Origin: a virus
Taxonomy: Duplodnaviria; Caudoviricetes
DNA length: 64,000 nt
IMG/VR virus record: IMGVR_UViG_3300049573_000219
Coordinates: 64,001 to 128,000 of that record
Direction: 5' to 3' (one strand)
Shown: in pieces, positions 36,548 to 46,377 of the stretch
Layout: each line of letters starts with the position of its first letter
Numbering within the stretch: position 1 is the stretch's first letter
Position numbers and translations under genes: made by a program
Notes under the pieces: model-generated
The model's database searches: none
Told to the model about the DNA's origin: nothing
The model's input: the letters and a program-made list of their open reading frames with translations, nothing else

Positions 36548-36847
36548 GTGAGCTGTAGTTCCAGGTGCAGCGTGTGCACGGAACTGAAGGAGGCGGCTGT
36601 GTACGACCATGCGGAGGCGGCACGCCGCAGGATCGTCATGCGCGCGGCGGAGGGCGGGATCCTGGGCCGGAAGTACGTGGAACTCGCGAACATGCTGATG
36701 TCCGGGCCGGATTCACCTCTTCGCACGTCAGCGCTGAAGAAGTTGGCGGACTCCTGCGACAATGCCATCGCCCTGGCGGAAAGGGTGCGCCAATCCAGAG
36801 GCAACTCCTCGCGCAACCCCAGGTCGCCAGGTCAAACGAACGGTTAA
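36548..36847 (+). CDS. hypothetical protein
   Basis: Fills the terL-portal gap; CSVC. Confidence 0.45.
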   Translation: MSCSSRCSVCTELKEAAVYDHAEAARRRIVMRAAEGGILGRKYVELANMLMSGPDSPLRTSALKKLADSCDNAIALAERVRQSRGNSSRNPRSPGQTNG

Positions 36848-36856
36848 GGTGATCGC

Positions 36857-38596
36857 ATGTCGATGCAGAAGCCCCTCGAAGAGATGACGCTCACGGAAAT
36901 GCACACTCTCGTGAGCAATCTCGAAGCTCGGAACGAAGAGCTGATGGGTGTCGTCTCGGACGAAATGCGGGAAGCTGGCGAGTTCGGCCGCGCCCAGCTC
37001 GCTCTGGAGGACATCGGCTGGCGCCCACTGATGGGGCTCTCCGACAGCGCCAACTCCTTCACTCTCGACGCCCTGCATCATGCGAGCGAGCTGTGCAGGG
37101 CCGTCGCCACCGTGAACCCGCTCGTCGGCAGGGGCCTGCGCGTGCGCACCGGCTACGTGTGGGGTTCCGGCGTCTCCGTGGTGCCGAAGGAGTTCATCCA
37201 GGGCCCGGGGCGCCCGAGGACGGTGAACCTGGAGCCGGAGCTTCCCGACGGAATCAACGAGGTTCTGACCGGCACGCTGGCCCAGCTCGAACTGGAACGC
37301 ACCTCGGGCACTGACGGCAACCTCTTCTTCCTCGTCGACCGGAGGACCAAGGAGGTGCTGCGGGTCCCCTTCGAGGAGATCACCGAAGGTGTGAGCCAGA
37401 AGGGGAACCGGGAACGCCTGCTCTACATCCGGCGCACCTGGAACGACTGGGATCTGGAGCTGGACTTCGAGGCGAACATCGAGCTGAATCCCATCAGTGC
37501 ACCGAAAGCTGCGGCACGCGGGCGCACCTGGATGCGATCGGACCGGGAAGGCGCATCCGGCGGTTCCACCCGGGCGGGGTTCTCGTTCCGCGACGTCTGG
37601 TACCCGACCCCTGCCGGAGTCCGGGCATTGGGAAGGAGTCGTGGCGCGGCGCAGATCGCCGGAGACCAGGTGGACCACACGAAGGTGATGGTCCATGTCC
37701 CCTTCAACCGGCTGACCGGATGGCGCTGGGGCATCCCCGACGTACTGCCCGCCGTCTGGTGGACCAAGGCGTACAAGGAGTACCTGGAGAACTGCTCCAC
37801 GCTGACCAAGGCGTACGCCCGCTTCGCCTGGAAGGTCACATCGGACCGCTCGCGTTCCGTGCGACGCACTGCTGCCGCCATGGCGCAGGCTCCGCGCACC
37901 GACCCGGCCACGGGGCAGCCTCTGAACGTCGGCGCTTCCGCCGTTCTGGGCGCCGGTCAGGATCTGTCGGCCGTCGGCGGCAACACGAAGGTCGACTTCG
38001 ACGCTGGGCGCCCTCTCGCGGCGATGATCGCGGCGGCGCTCGACGTACCTCTTCCGGCGCTTCTGGAGGACCCGTCGATCGCGAACAACGCGGCAGCCAC
38101 ATCCCTGGACACCTCCACGGTCCTCGTCATGCAGGCGAGGCAGAAGGTCATGGACGAGATGTTCCGGGAGATCTTCAAGACGCTGGGCCTGAAGGTGCGC
38201 CTTCGATGGCCCGAAATCTCCGAGGAGCCGGTGCACCGACGCCTCCAGGCACTCGACATGGCGATCCGGCTCGGCCTGTTCTCCGCCGACGAGGCGAGGG
38301 CGATGGTGGTCGACGCATGGGGCGACAAGTGGCAGGACTTCGACCGCGAAGCGCCCGACGTCGAAGACCTTCCCTACGTGACGGGAGGAAATGGCCAGGG
38401 AGAGCAGCCGAACGCACCGGCTTCTAACTCCTCGGAAACCTCCGGTAATTCCGGGGAAAATGGCATGACAGGAACCGGTGGTCCTGGGGCCCCCGCACCT
38501 TTGAAGGCGGGAAACTCGCGCTCAACCATGGCGCCGAAGCAGCCGGAACCCATGTCCTACGGCGACCACGAACTGCGCGACGAATCAACTTCATAG
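36857..38596 (+). CDS. portal protein
   Basis: Position after terL; NPLVGRG, DGNLF, WGIPDV motifs; TAAGGT-N6-ATG start. Confidence 0.88.
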   Translation: MSMQKPLEEMTLTEMHTLVSNLEARNEELMGVVSDEMREAGEFGRAQLALEDIGWRPLMGLSDSANSFTLDALHHASELCRAVATVNPLVGRGLRVRTGYVWGSGVSVVPKEFIQGPGRPRTVNLEPELPDGINEVLTGTLAQLELERTSGTDGNLFFLVDRRTKEVLRVPFEEITEGVSQKGNRERLLYIRRTWNDWDLELDFEANIELNPISAPKAAARGRTWMRSDREGASGGSTRAGFSFRDVWYPTPAGVRALGRSRGAAQIAGDQVDHTKVMVHVPFNRLTGWRWGIPDVLPAVWWTKAYKEYLENCSTLTKAYARFAWKVTSDRSRSVRRTAAAMAQAPRTDPATGQPLNVGASAVLGAGQDLSAVGGNTKVDFDAGRPLAAMIAAALDVPLPALLEDPSIANNAAATSLDTSTVLVMQARQKVMDEMFREIFKTLGLKVRLRWPEISEEPVHRRLQALDMAIRLGLFSADEARAMVVDAWGDKWQDFDREAPDVEDLPYVTGGNGQGEQPNAPASNSSETSGNSGENGMTGTGGPGAPAPLKAGNSRSTMAPKQPEPMSYGDHELRDESTS

Positions 38597-38664
38597 CACC
38601 TCACCGGGACTTTTGACCCCGGATGCTATTACGCTGTGCTCATCGTTGATCAGTGAGGGGGCTC

Positions 38665-39750
38665 ATGTCCAAGGAAACGCTGCGGGAATCCGCAGTCCTC
38701 TCCGCAGACCAGCAGTCCTCCGAGAAGGGCATCTGGCGGGCCCTCCTCATCGCTGCCGACGTCCAGGGGTCCAGCGGGTACTATCCCGCTGATGTGCTCA
38801 AGCGGGACGGCGCTCGCGCTTTTCCTGCCGGAACACACATCTACTTCGACCACCCCTCGGGGACCGAGGAGATGGACCTTCCGGAGCGCAGCGTCCTCAA
38901 AATCGCCGGATACCTTCTCGACGACGCGACCTTCGAAGAGACATCTGAGGGACGCGGGCTCTTCTCCCGGATCCAGTTCACGGAGAAGGCCAAGCCGATC
39001 GCGAAGGAACTGCACAGCGTGATCGGACTTTCGATCCGCGCCGCAGGCCAGATCGAAGAGACCGCTTCGGGGCAGCGTATTGTGCGCAGCATCGAACAGG
39101 GCCTCTCTGTTGACCTCGTCACCCGCGCTGGAGCGGGAGGAAGGCTCGTCACCATGACCGAGTCGGCCACGCCGGAGTCCCCTCCGGCCGAGCAGACCGC
39201 GAGCACCGCCGCCCCGGCCGCGAGTGCAGCCGCGATTCCGTCCACCATCGGCACGGGCGCCCTCCTCAGCGAGGTGGCCGCCCTCAAGGACACCCTCTCC
39301 GACCGCGTCGAGCAGCTTTCCGTCGACGTGGCCCGCATGGCGCAGCAGCTCCAGGAAGCGCGCCGCGAGACGGAGAAGCAGACCCGCGAGAACGCGAAGC
39401 TCCAGGAAGCGATCACCTTCCTGCGCGACCGCGCCGAGACCGCCGACAAGGCGCTCAAGGAGAGCAAGACGACCGGTGACGTCCTCACCGAACTTCTGGA
39501 GGCGAAGCTGCCGCTTCCCTCCATGATCCGCATCGCGCAGTCCTACCGTCCGGACCAGGACCTGCACGAGGCGATCACCCACGAGCGCGAGTACCTGAAG
39601 CAGCTCAGGCGGGAGACCGAGCGCGGCGCGCTCACCGAGAACCGTGACACCTCCGGCCTCGGCCTGACGGAGTCCTCGGTCCTCTCCTCCACGTCGGCCG
39701 ACAGCGATCTCGCCGAGATCCGCAGCCTGCTGGGCGGAGGTTCCTACTGA
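38665..39750 (+). CDS. capsid maturation protease/scaffold fusion
   Basis: GSSGYY, YFDHP, IGLSI, SVDLVTRAGAGG, then coiled coil. Confidence 0.82.
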   Translation: MSKETLRESAVLSADQQSSEKGIWRALLIAADVQGSSGYYPADVLKRDGARAFPAGTHIYFDHPSGTEEMDLPERSVLKIAGYLLDDATFEETSEGRGLFSRIQFTEKAKPIAKELHSVIGLSIRAAGQIEETASGQRIVRSIEQGLSVDLVTRAGAGGRLVTMTESATPESPPAEQTASTAAPAASAAAIPSTIGTGALLSEVAALKDTLSDRVEQLSVDVARMAQQLQEARRETEKQTRENAKLQEAITFLRDRAETADKALKESKTTGDVLTELLEAKLPLPSMIRIAQSYRPDQDLHEAITHEREYLKQLRRETERGALTENRDTSGLGLTESSVLSSTSADSDLAEIRSLLGGGSY

Positions 39751-40235
39751 TGGCCACCAACGAGATCTTCAAGTACGCGGACTGGATCTCCCTTCCGCTG
39801 CCGCTCCGGGGAAGCGACCCGGCGGTCAACGACGACCCGACGCTGGCCGGTGACCCGGTCAAGATCGGCTCCATCGTCGGCTTCGCGCAGGAGGTCGGCG
39901 GCAAGCCGGTCTCCTACACGATCGGCTCGACCACGGTCACGCAGACCAGCAACCGCGCCAACTCCCTGGAGCCCGGCTGGGCCTCGGTCGCCCTCACGGG
40001 CGCCTTCGCCTTCCCGGTCACCGGCTGGGACGCGGAGACCATGGGCTCCGGCACGCCGGTCTTCATCGTTCCGGCGGTCGGCACCACGCGCGCCTCGCTG
40101 ACGACGGCGGCGAACTCCGACCCGTTCGGAGTCATCGTCGGCCAGACCACCGCAGGCGTTCCCATCGTCCGAGTCGTCCAGCCCGTGCCGGGCGACACCA
40201 ACGCCGTGGCCGACAAGACGGCCACCGGTTCCTGA
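39750..40235 (+). CDS. capsid decoration/cement protein (DUF2190-like)
   Basis: GDPVKIGSIVG...GAFAF; between scaffold and MCP; ends TGS. Confidence 0.75.
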   Translation: MATNEIFKYADWISLPLPLRGSDPAVNDDPTLAGDPVKIGSIVGFAQEVGGKPVSYTIGSTTVTQTSNRANSLEPGWASVALTGAFAFPVTGWDAETMGSGTPVFIVPAVGTTRASLTTAANSDPFGVIVGQTTAGVPIVRVVQPVPGDTNAVADKTATGS

Positions 40236-40252
40236 AGGGAGGAATCTGAGAC

Positions 40253-41566
40253 ATGAGCGCGATCACCCTCCTCGACGGAATCAAGGCGACCACGAACTCC
40301 GAGTTCGAGCGCATCGCCGAGGCCCACAGCAAGCGTCGCGTCGCGATCCGCGAGAACGCCGACGCCCGTCTGCTGAAGATGAACAAGGCCGTCGAGTTCC
40401 TGCGCCTCAAGCGCGAGGCGGAGTTCGGCTCGCCGGTCGCGATGGGCCGACTGCGCGAGGCCGTCTCCAGCGGCGACTTCCCGCTGCTGTTCCAGTCGAT
40501 CTCGCAGGCGTCCATGCTCGGCCAGTACGCCGAGCTGCCGCAGCAGTGGCCGACGTTCTCGGTGCGCACCACCGTTCCGGACTTCCGTCCGGCCCGCATG
40601 GTCCGCTGGGACACGGTCGGCGGTCAGTCGCAGACGACCGACTACAACGGCGGCGCCGAGCGTCACGTCCGGGCCCTGCCCCGCATCCCGGAGCTGACCG
40701 AGTACCCGACGTTCAACCTGACCACGGAAGGGATGGACTACTTCGTCAACAAGTACGGAGCCAGGTTCCCCTTCTCGTGGGAGGCGTTCATGAACGACGA
40801 GCTGCGGGTCCTCTCGCAGCTCCCCACGGAGATGGCGCGCTGGGCGCGTGACACCGAGGACGTGCTGACGACCGGCGTTCTGGCCACCTCGACCGGCCCG
40901 AACCCCGACTTCTTCAACACGACCGAGGACTTCGGCGGCCAGGCCCCTGCGGGCAACTACGTCCCCGGCAACCCGCCGCTGACGCTGGACGCCCTGGAGC
41001 ACGCGATCAACTACATCGGGATGCGGCAGGTCAACGGCCGCCAGGTCCGGGTGCAGAACTTCGTGCTCCTGGTGCCGCCCGCCCTCGCGCTCACGGCGCA
41101 GGAGATCGCCCAGGGCACCACGTACCTGCGGGTGCGCTCGCTGCCCGACGGCACGGAGATGCGCCAGAACGTCTCCTCGCCGGTCGCGGGTCGCTTCACG
41201 GTCGTGGAGTCCCCGTGGCTGCCGCTCATCGACACCTCGGCGAACGCCGCGACGACCTGGTACCTGGTTCCGGCCGGTGGCCAGACGGAGCGTGGCCCGG
41301 CCATCGTGACCGCGTTCCTGCGCGGGCACGAGACCCCCGAGGTCCGCGTGATGGGTGACACGGGCCGTGCGCTCGGCGGCGGCGAGATCAACGCCTTCGA
41401 GGGCTCGTTCTCCCACGACGACATCCAGTACCGCGTTCGCTCGATCATCGGCGCCGCCGGTATCGACGCGTCGGCGGTCGCGGTGTCGAACGGCACGGGC
41501 CAGGAGGCGGCGCTGTCCATGGCCTCCATCGGCGGCGGCGCGGTGGCGGGACCCTCGGGTTCCTGA
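40253..41566 (+). CDS. major capsid protein (Mu gpT-like, HK97 fold)
   Basis: VPDFRP, KYGARFPFSWEAFMNDE, LLVPPAL, WYLV; ends SGS. Confidence 0.92.
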   Translation: MSAITLLDGIKATTNSEFERIAEAHSKRRVAIRENADARLLKMNKAVEFLRLKREAEFGSPVAMGRLREAVSSGDFPLLFQSISQASMLGQYAELPQQWPTFSVRTTVPDFRPARMVRWDTVGGQSQTTDYNGGAERHVRALPRIPELTEYPTFNLTTEGMDYFVNKYGARFPFSWEAFMNDELRVLSQLPTEMARWARDTEDVLTTGVLATSTGPNPDFFNTTEDFGGQAPAGNYVPGNPPLTLDALEHAINYIGMRQVNGRQVRVQNFVLLVPPALALTAQEIAQGTTYLRVRSLPDGTEMRQNVSSPVAGRFTVVESPWLPLIDTSANAATTWYLVPAGGQTERGPAIVTAFLRGHETPEVRVMGDTGRALGGGEINAFEGSFSHDDIQYRVRSIIGAAGIDASAVAVSNGTGQEAALSMASIGGGAVAGPSGS

Positions 41567-41644
41567 ACCGGTGAAGCCGGGCGGCGGGTGACCCGGGATT
41601 GATCCCGACCGCCCCCTGCCCGGTCTCCGTTCCTGCCGGGCAGC

Positions 41645-41681
41645 GAGAGGGTCCCCCGATGTGCGACCGGGGGGCCCTCTT
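41645..41681 (+). terminator. terminator-like hairpin after MCP
   Basis: GAGAGGGTCCCCC...GGGGGGCCCTCTT. Confidence 0.6.
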
Positions 41682-41825
41682 CGCGTTGTGCAACCCGGCG
41701 CGCTGGCGCAATGCCTGGTAGGTCAGGTATCTTAGAGGCGTGGCGAGGACTCATCCTCCCCGCCCAAGAAGGAACCGTCCTTGTGCGAGTCCCCGGACTC
41801 CGTCACGGCCACGTTTCTTCTCCTT

Positions 41826-41866
41826 TCCGAAGAGCCCCCGCCCCGGCGGGGGCTTCCGGATTTTCT
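41826..41866. terminator. hairpin with T-tract between convergent blocks
   Basis: AGCCCCCG-loop-CGGGGGCT then TTTT. Confidence 0.55.
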
Positions 41867-41893
41867 GGGCCCATCGACACCGCGCGGCGCAGG

Positions 41894-42121
41894 CTACCCG
41901 TCGCCCTCTTCCTGGAAGTCGATCTCCACCGTGAAGTCGCGGTGCCCGAGGAGCAGGGACAGCATGTCCACGGTCATGTCCTCGGCTTCGGTCCTACTGT
42001 GCCCCTGCGTCACGGCCGGGCCGTCGACAGGGACGTCATGAACGGTGACCGCCCACCACTGGCCACTCTTCACCGCAGTGGCCTTGTACTTCTCCACGAA
42101 TTTCCCTTCAATTCTGATCAT
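41894..42121 (-). CDS. HicB-like protein (N-terminal domain only)
   Basis: YKATAVKSGQWWAVTVHDVP...TQGHSRTEAEDM. Confidence 0.65.
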   Translation of the reverse strand: MIRIEGKFVEKYKATAVKSGQWWAVTVHDVPVDGPAVTQGHSRTEAEDMTVDMLSLLLGHRDFTVEIDFQEEGDG

Positions 42122-42500
42122 AGAAGTGAGCGATTATCTCACTCCAGGCTTTGTCGATCTCTTCTCGCTCTTCTTTCGAGATCGGCCTTGGTCTTCCATA
42201 TCTGTAGCGAGTGCACTTCTGCTCATCGTGCAGAAATCCAGTCTCGCCAAACTCAACACAGCAGGGATTCAGAGGGTCCTGTTCGACACCATCCTTCGCC
42301 CTGCGCCACCACTCAACTTCGCGCCGAATCCGCTCATGCCTTTTCAGGTTTCGGAATCCGGACCACAGGAAGAACATGGCGGAGTAGAGCGCCAGGAACG
42401 ACATGAGCCACAACGAGACGGCACCGAAGAAGACGCCCACGACAACGCAGCCGAGAGCTGAACAGAAGCGCATGAGCGCCTTCTTCTGGTGACCTGTCAC
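42108..42500 (-). CDS. membrane protein (2 TM)
   Basis: Hydrophobic N-terminal half; lower GC. Confidence 0.65.
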   Translation of the reverse strand: MTGHQKKALMRFCSALGCVVVGVFFGAVSLWLMSFLALYSAMFFLWSGFRNLKRHERIRREVEWWRRAKDGVEQDPLNPCCVEFGETGFLHDEQKCTRYRYGRPRPISKEEREEIDKAWSEIIAHFYDQN

Positions 42501-42512
42501 GCGTCACGTCCT

Positions 42513-42863
42513 TCAGTCCTGCGCCGCAGCGCCCTTGCAGGTGACCTCGGAACCGTCGAGCGAGATGCGTTCCGTCAGGGGGAGGTCGATGGGGCTCCGG
42601 TGGCAGCACGGCGTCAGCCCGCTGCCGTCGGGCGGGCAGCCGTGAACGACCGAGTCGTCATCACCGGCCACCAGCTTCTCCAGACGCTGGAACTCGGAGA
42701 CCAGGACGCTGATGACCCTGCCGACCGATTCGAGCGCCGACCTGACGTCGGCGAGAGCCAGTTCGGCCTCCTCCATGGTGCCCTTCTCGTCGACCGGAAG
42801 GGGCACCTCGGCGGTCTCCTCAGAGTCCGTCTCCGACGCTTCGCTCTTTTCCTCTTCGATCAC
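42513..42863 (-). CDS. protein with H-CC-VTC motif
   Basis: VHGCPP...TPCC...EVTC. Confidence 0.7.
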   Translation of the reverse strand: MIEEEKSEASETDSEETAEVPLPVDEKGTMEEAELALADVRSALESVGRVISVLVSEFQRLEKLVAGDDDSVVHGCPPDGSGLTPCCHRSPIDLPLTERISLDGSEVTCKGAAAQD

Positions 42864-43147
42864 AGATCCCACTCCATCGGAAGTTCGGCTCGAAGCCATT
42901 TCTCTGCTGCCTCGTATCCGTCCTCCTCCGGCTGGAAGCTCTCCGGGAAGTACGGGTAGAGTTCGGAAATCCGGTGCCTGTGAATCGCGGCGACGATCTC
43001 GGCATCCAGAAGACGTACCGCCTCGACGAGCTGACGGAAATCCACCAGATCAAGGCCGTTGACGAACAGGGCCGTCCTCAGTTCGGCCAGCCCGCGACGC
43101 GCCTCCGCCAGCTCGTCCGTCTCCTCGATCTCCGGCAGGTCACTCAT
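42860..43147 (-). CDS. hypothetical protein
   Basis: Coupled gene. Confidence 0.7.
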   Translation of the reverse strand: MSDLPEIEETDELAEARRGLAELRTALFVNGLDLVDFRQLVEAVRLLDAEIVAAIHRHRISELYPYFPESFQPEEDGYEAAEKWLRAELPMEWDL

Positions 43148-43412
43148 CCCCCACCTCGATCTCGGAACCCGTCTCGCCGTCGAGCGCGTACTCTCCGCGC
43201 ACTGCCACATCAGCGAGGATGCGGAGATCGCCGAGGGTCAGCGGAGCGTCGGGAACGAAGACGCCAGGCATGGTCAGCACCGCCTCGTCCAGCCGCTTCG
43301 AGACGACCGTCGAATCGGGCTCCTCGCTGAAGACGTCCAGGAGGTAGAGGAGCCGGTCCCGGGTGCAGTCCGGCTTTACGGGCCACTTCCGGTCGAGTTC
43401 ATCGTTGTCCAT
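43140..43412 (-). CDS. hypothetical protein
   Basis: ORF track. Confidence 0.7.
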   Translation of the reverse strand: MDNDELDRKWPVKPDCTRDRLLYLLDVFSEEPDSTVVSKRLDEAVLTMPGVFVPDAPLTLGDLRILADVAVRGEYALDGETGSEIEVGDE

Positions 43413-43659
43413 CAGCCTGCTCCTTCTCCACTCCGCGCCGTATCAGCTCGTTCACGTGGCTTCCGTCGTACGACATCCGGTCGAGACCGGCCACACCCAG
43501 TGAGGTGACCATCCGGTCCACCTCGTGCAGCGCGGCGGCGGCAAGCCGGGGGTTGCTCATCTCGCCCGTGCTGTGCAGCTCCTCGTAGGCCACGGCCAGA
43601 ACCTCGAAGGCGACCTTGAGCTGGCGCACCTCGACCTGAAGTCTCCGCTGGTCATTCAT
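43399..43659 (-). CDS. hypothetical protein
   Basis: MNDQRRLQV... Confidence 0.65.
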   Translation of the reverse strand: MNDQRRLQVEVRQLKVAFEVLAVAYEELHSTGEMSNPRLAAAALHEVDRMVTSLGVAGLDRMSYDGSHVNELIRRGVEKEQADGQR

Positions 43660-43993
43660 CCTCATCACCCGGTTCCGGCATGCGGTATCCCTTGCGGCCG
43701 AGCTGGTACGCGAGGCGGGCGACCGCGTCACTGTCGGCGGGCTCCCCGTCGGCCCACTCGGCGATCACCCTGAGCACTTCCGCAGCGGCCTTGTCGGTGG
43801 GCAGGAACCTCACCCAGTCGATCTTCCGGCCGTTGTGGTCCTTCATGCTGTCGAGGTCGCCAGGGCTGTAGAACCGCCCCTGCATGTTGGCCACCGGCAC
43901 GAACCACGGACCGTTCCCCGGGTCGTAGAAGGCCATCGTGTAGCCGTCGTCGGAGAGGCGGAATTCCCACCCCGTCGTGCGCGGGAGGATCAT
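43652..43993 (-). CDS. hypothetical protein
   Basis: ORF track, TGATG overlap. Confidence 0.7.
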   Translation of the reverse strand: MILPRTTGWEFRLSDDGYTMAFYDPGNGPWFVPVANMQGRFYSPGDLDSMKDHNGRKIDWVRFLPTDKAAAEVLRVIAEWADGEPADSDAVARLAYQLGRKGYRMPEPGDEDE

Positions 43994-44685
43994 CAGCTCA
44001 GCCCCCAGTCCGCGCGGCGCACCCGGAGAAGCCAGCGCTCGACGGCCGCCACGTCGGGATCGCCGATGATGGCGGCCTTCGCCGAGTCGAAGCGGGCCTC
44101 CGCCCGGCGCATGTACTCCTCCGCCCGCGAGGGGTCGTCCGCGATCTGCCTGCCCATCTGGAACACCCAGTCCGGGTCGATCTCGCTGGCGTTGCTGCGC
44201 AGATTCACGATCAGCTCGCCGGAGCGGTACAGGTGGAAACCCTGCTCGACCAGACGCACCAGATGCCTGGCGTGCTTCTCCGTCCTCTTGCGAGTGTCGG
44301 CCGAGAAGCTGCCGTCGCCACGGTTCTTCAGGCGCTCGAACTGGCTGGTGGCGTACCCGAGGTAGGAGTCGCGCACCTTCTTGGCCGACAGGAACGAGCG
44401 GCGCAGCCCGGTCAGCTCGTCACCGAGTGGCGAGATCGCCTCGTACGCGTCGAGCCACAGGAGTTCGGAGACCGACGGGTTGCCGTTCAGGCAGAGCGTG
44501 ACGAACTTCTTCGCCTCGTGCATCGTCGTGTCGGGGTCCTTCGTGACCACCGATTCCTGGATCTTTCCGAGGCCCAGAACCTCGTTGGTGGGTGCCGCGA
44601 AAACACCCATGTAGTCCACGTCGGAACTGTCGTGGTTCAGCCCGTAGGCCGTGGAGCCCACGACGCCCTTCAGGAGCACGTTCAC
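43993..44685 (-). CDS. DNA polymerase beta-superfamily nucleotidyltransferase
   Basis: GSTAYGLN..SDVDYMG, NGNP..ELLW, KHARHLVRL. Confidence 0.88.
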   Translation of the reverse strand: MNVLLKGVVGSTAYGLNHDSSDVDYMGVFAAPTNEVLGLGKIQESVVTKDPDTTMHEAKKFVTLCLNGNPSVSELLWLDAYEAISPLGDELTGLRRSFLSAKKVRDSYLGYATSQFERLKNRGDGSFSADTRKRTEKHARHLVRLVEQGFHLYRSGELIVNLRSNASEIDPDWVFQMGRQIADDPSRAEEYMRRAEARFDSAKAAIIGDPDVAAVERWLLRVRRADWGLS

Positions 44686-44746
44686 TTCCTTCTCCTTTCC
44701 TGTTTCTCTCAGTAGGTGTAGCCGCACTGGGGACCGTACGCGTCGA

Positions 44747-45460
44747 TCACTCCATGGCTTCCTTGCGGAGGCTGTAGGCGACGGACTTGCCGACGCTGTA
44801 CCTCTCCTTGATCTGCTTGATCGAGAGGTTGCCATCGCGGATCTCCTGCACTCGCGCAGCGCGCGACCTTGGGGCGGGCTTGATAAAGCCGGAACCGTCA
44901 GGGGGAGCCGGGAAGCCCATCCGCTCCAGGGTCCAGCCCAGGTCGCCCGTGTCGTACCCGGCTCCGTCGTTCACGTCGGCGATCCACTTCCAGACCGCCT
45001 TCACCAGGTCGTCGCGCTCGGTCTCGGCCTTCATCCGAGCCTGGTGCGGAGTCAGCTTCCCGGGCTCGTCGCGCTGGACGGTGACGATGTAGCGCTCGCG
45101 CGGCTCCTCAGCCAGCTTGACGCCCATCTCCACCTTCGAGCCGACCTTCGGCAGGAGGTCCATGGCGGTCTCCGAGTAGTTCGGCCCGTCCTGGATCAGC
45201 CCACGGCAGACGCCCACCCAGATCGCCACGAAGTCCCGTGCGGGCTCCAGGTCCATCGACGCGCCGTTACGGAAATCGGCGGCCTTGATCTTGATCTGGG
45301 CGACCTGCTCGGCCAGCCACTGCTCCGTCGCCGCGTCCTGGAGGAGATCCGAGACGACCTTCTCCGCCTGGTCCAGGTTCAGGTGCCGGGCGCTCTTCGG
45401 GGACGCCTGCTTCAGCAGCCCCATGAACTCCTCGGCAAGATGCTCCATCGCCTCGTTCAC
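44747..45460 (-). CDS. hypothetical protein with C-terminal HTH-like segment
   Basis: LSIKQIKERYSVGKSVAYSL. Confidence 0.7.
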   Translation of the reverse strand: MNEAMEHLAEEFMGLLKQASPKSARHLNLDQAEKVVSDLLQDAATEQWLAEQVAQIKIKAADFRNGASMDLEPARDFVAIWVGVCRGLIQDGPNYSETAMDLLPKVGSKVEMGVKLAEEPRERYIVTVQRDEPGKLTPHQARMKAETERDDLVKAVWKWIADVNDGAGYDTGDLGWTLERMGFPAPPDGSGFIKPAPRSRAARVQEIRDGNLSIKQIKERYSVGKSVAYSLRKEAME

Positions 45461-45768
45461 TCCGCCACCTTCTCCAGTCTGATCATCGAATCGATTCCGA
45501 CCCTCACGCGGAAATCGTGCGCGCAGGGATCGACTTTCATGAACACGGCCGCCTCGCCGACGCCGAAGTGCGGCGGTTCGGTCCTCATGCCGAGATAGCC
45601 CGCCTCGCCCTTGCAGTCGGGACAGCGGGGCACACGGAGGTCGCACGTGACGATCTCGGGGTGCTCGGTGAGCAGGTCCCCGGAGGGAACGGAGAGGGAC
45701 GGGACGCCGCAGCACTCCGTCACCTCTCCGCCCTCACGGATCTCGTGGATCTTCACGTCACCAGCCAC
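45457..45768 (-). CDS. protein with H-CC-VTC and CxxC motifs
   Basis: IHE...TECC...IVTC...CPDC. Confidence 0.65.
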   Translation of the reverse strand: MAGDVKIHEIREGGEVTECCGVPSLSVPSGDLLTEHPEIVTCDLRVPRCPDCKGEAGYLGMRTEPPHFGVGEAAVFMKVDPCAHDFRVRVGIDSMIRLEKVAE

Positions 45769-46027
45769 CCGGAACGGTGAGCCCCACCGGCCTCTTCTCC
45801 ACCGGGCACTCGTCCTCCGGGCAGGTGTCCTCGTCGCGGACCATGATGAGGTGCCGCAGACTCCTCTCGCCGCTGGCGAACGACACGTCACCGTCGGCGT
45901 CACGGGCTACGATCCAGTCGGTTCCGGCCGCCTCGATCTTCACGCAGTCGTAGTGGTCGCGCCCGAAGGCGCCCTGGGCGAATCCGTGGATGACGTCGCC
46001 GACCTTCAGCGGCTCCGGGCTGCTCAC
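45758..46027 (-). CDS. hypothetical protein
   Basis: LKVGDVIHGF...FGRDHY. Confidence 0.7.
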   Translation of the reverse strand: MSSPEPLKVGDVIHGFAQGAFGRDHYDCVKIEAAGTDWIVARDADGDVSFASGERSLRHLIMVRDEDTCPEDECPVEKRPVGLTVPGGW

Positions 46028-46377
46028 TTCTTCTCCTCGTTGATCTTCCGTGCGATGCCCGCGATCTTCTCGATCAGCGGGTCGCTTTCCCCGAGACGGT
46101 CGATGCTGTACTCGGCGATGTCGAGCAGGTCGACGACGGTCTTCGCGAACGCCGGATCCATCAGCGCGATGAACTCCGCGTCTTCGTCCTGGATCCAGTT
46201 CTCGGAATTCCCGACGCAGTCGCCCATGACCAGTTCGTCGTTCTCGTCGACCACGCCGATCACGAGATCGTCCTCGGGTGTCTTCTCGACGGCGACCGAC
46301 CAGTTCGTTCCGCTGGCCCTCCGGTACGCCCGGCGCAGCTTCAGCCCGGCCCGCCGGATCTCCTCCGCCGCACCCAT
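46024..46377 (-). CDS. Ead/Ea22-like protein
   Basis: DAEFIALMDP..VVDLLD motif. Confidence 0.6.
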   Translation of the reverse strand: MGAAEEIRRAGLKLRRAYRRASGTNWSVAVEKTPEDDLVIGVVDENDELVMGDCVGNSENWIQDEDAEFIALMDPAFAKTVVDLLDIAEYSIDRLGESDPLIEKIAGIARKINEEKK

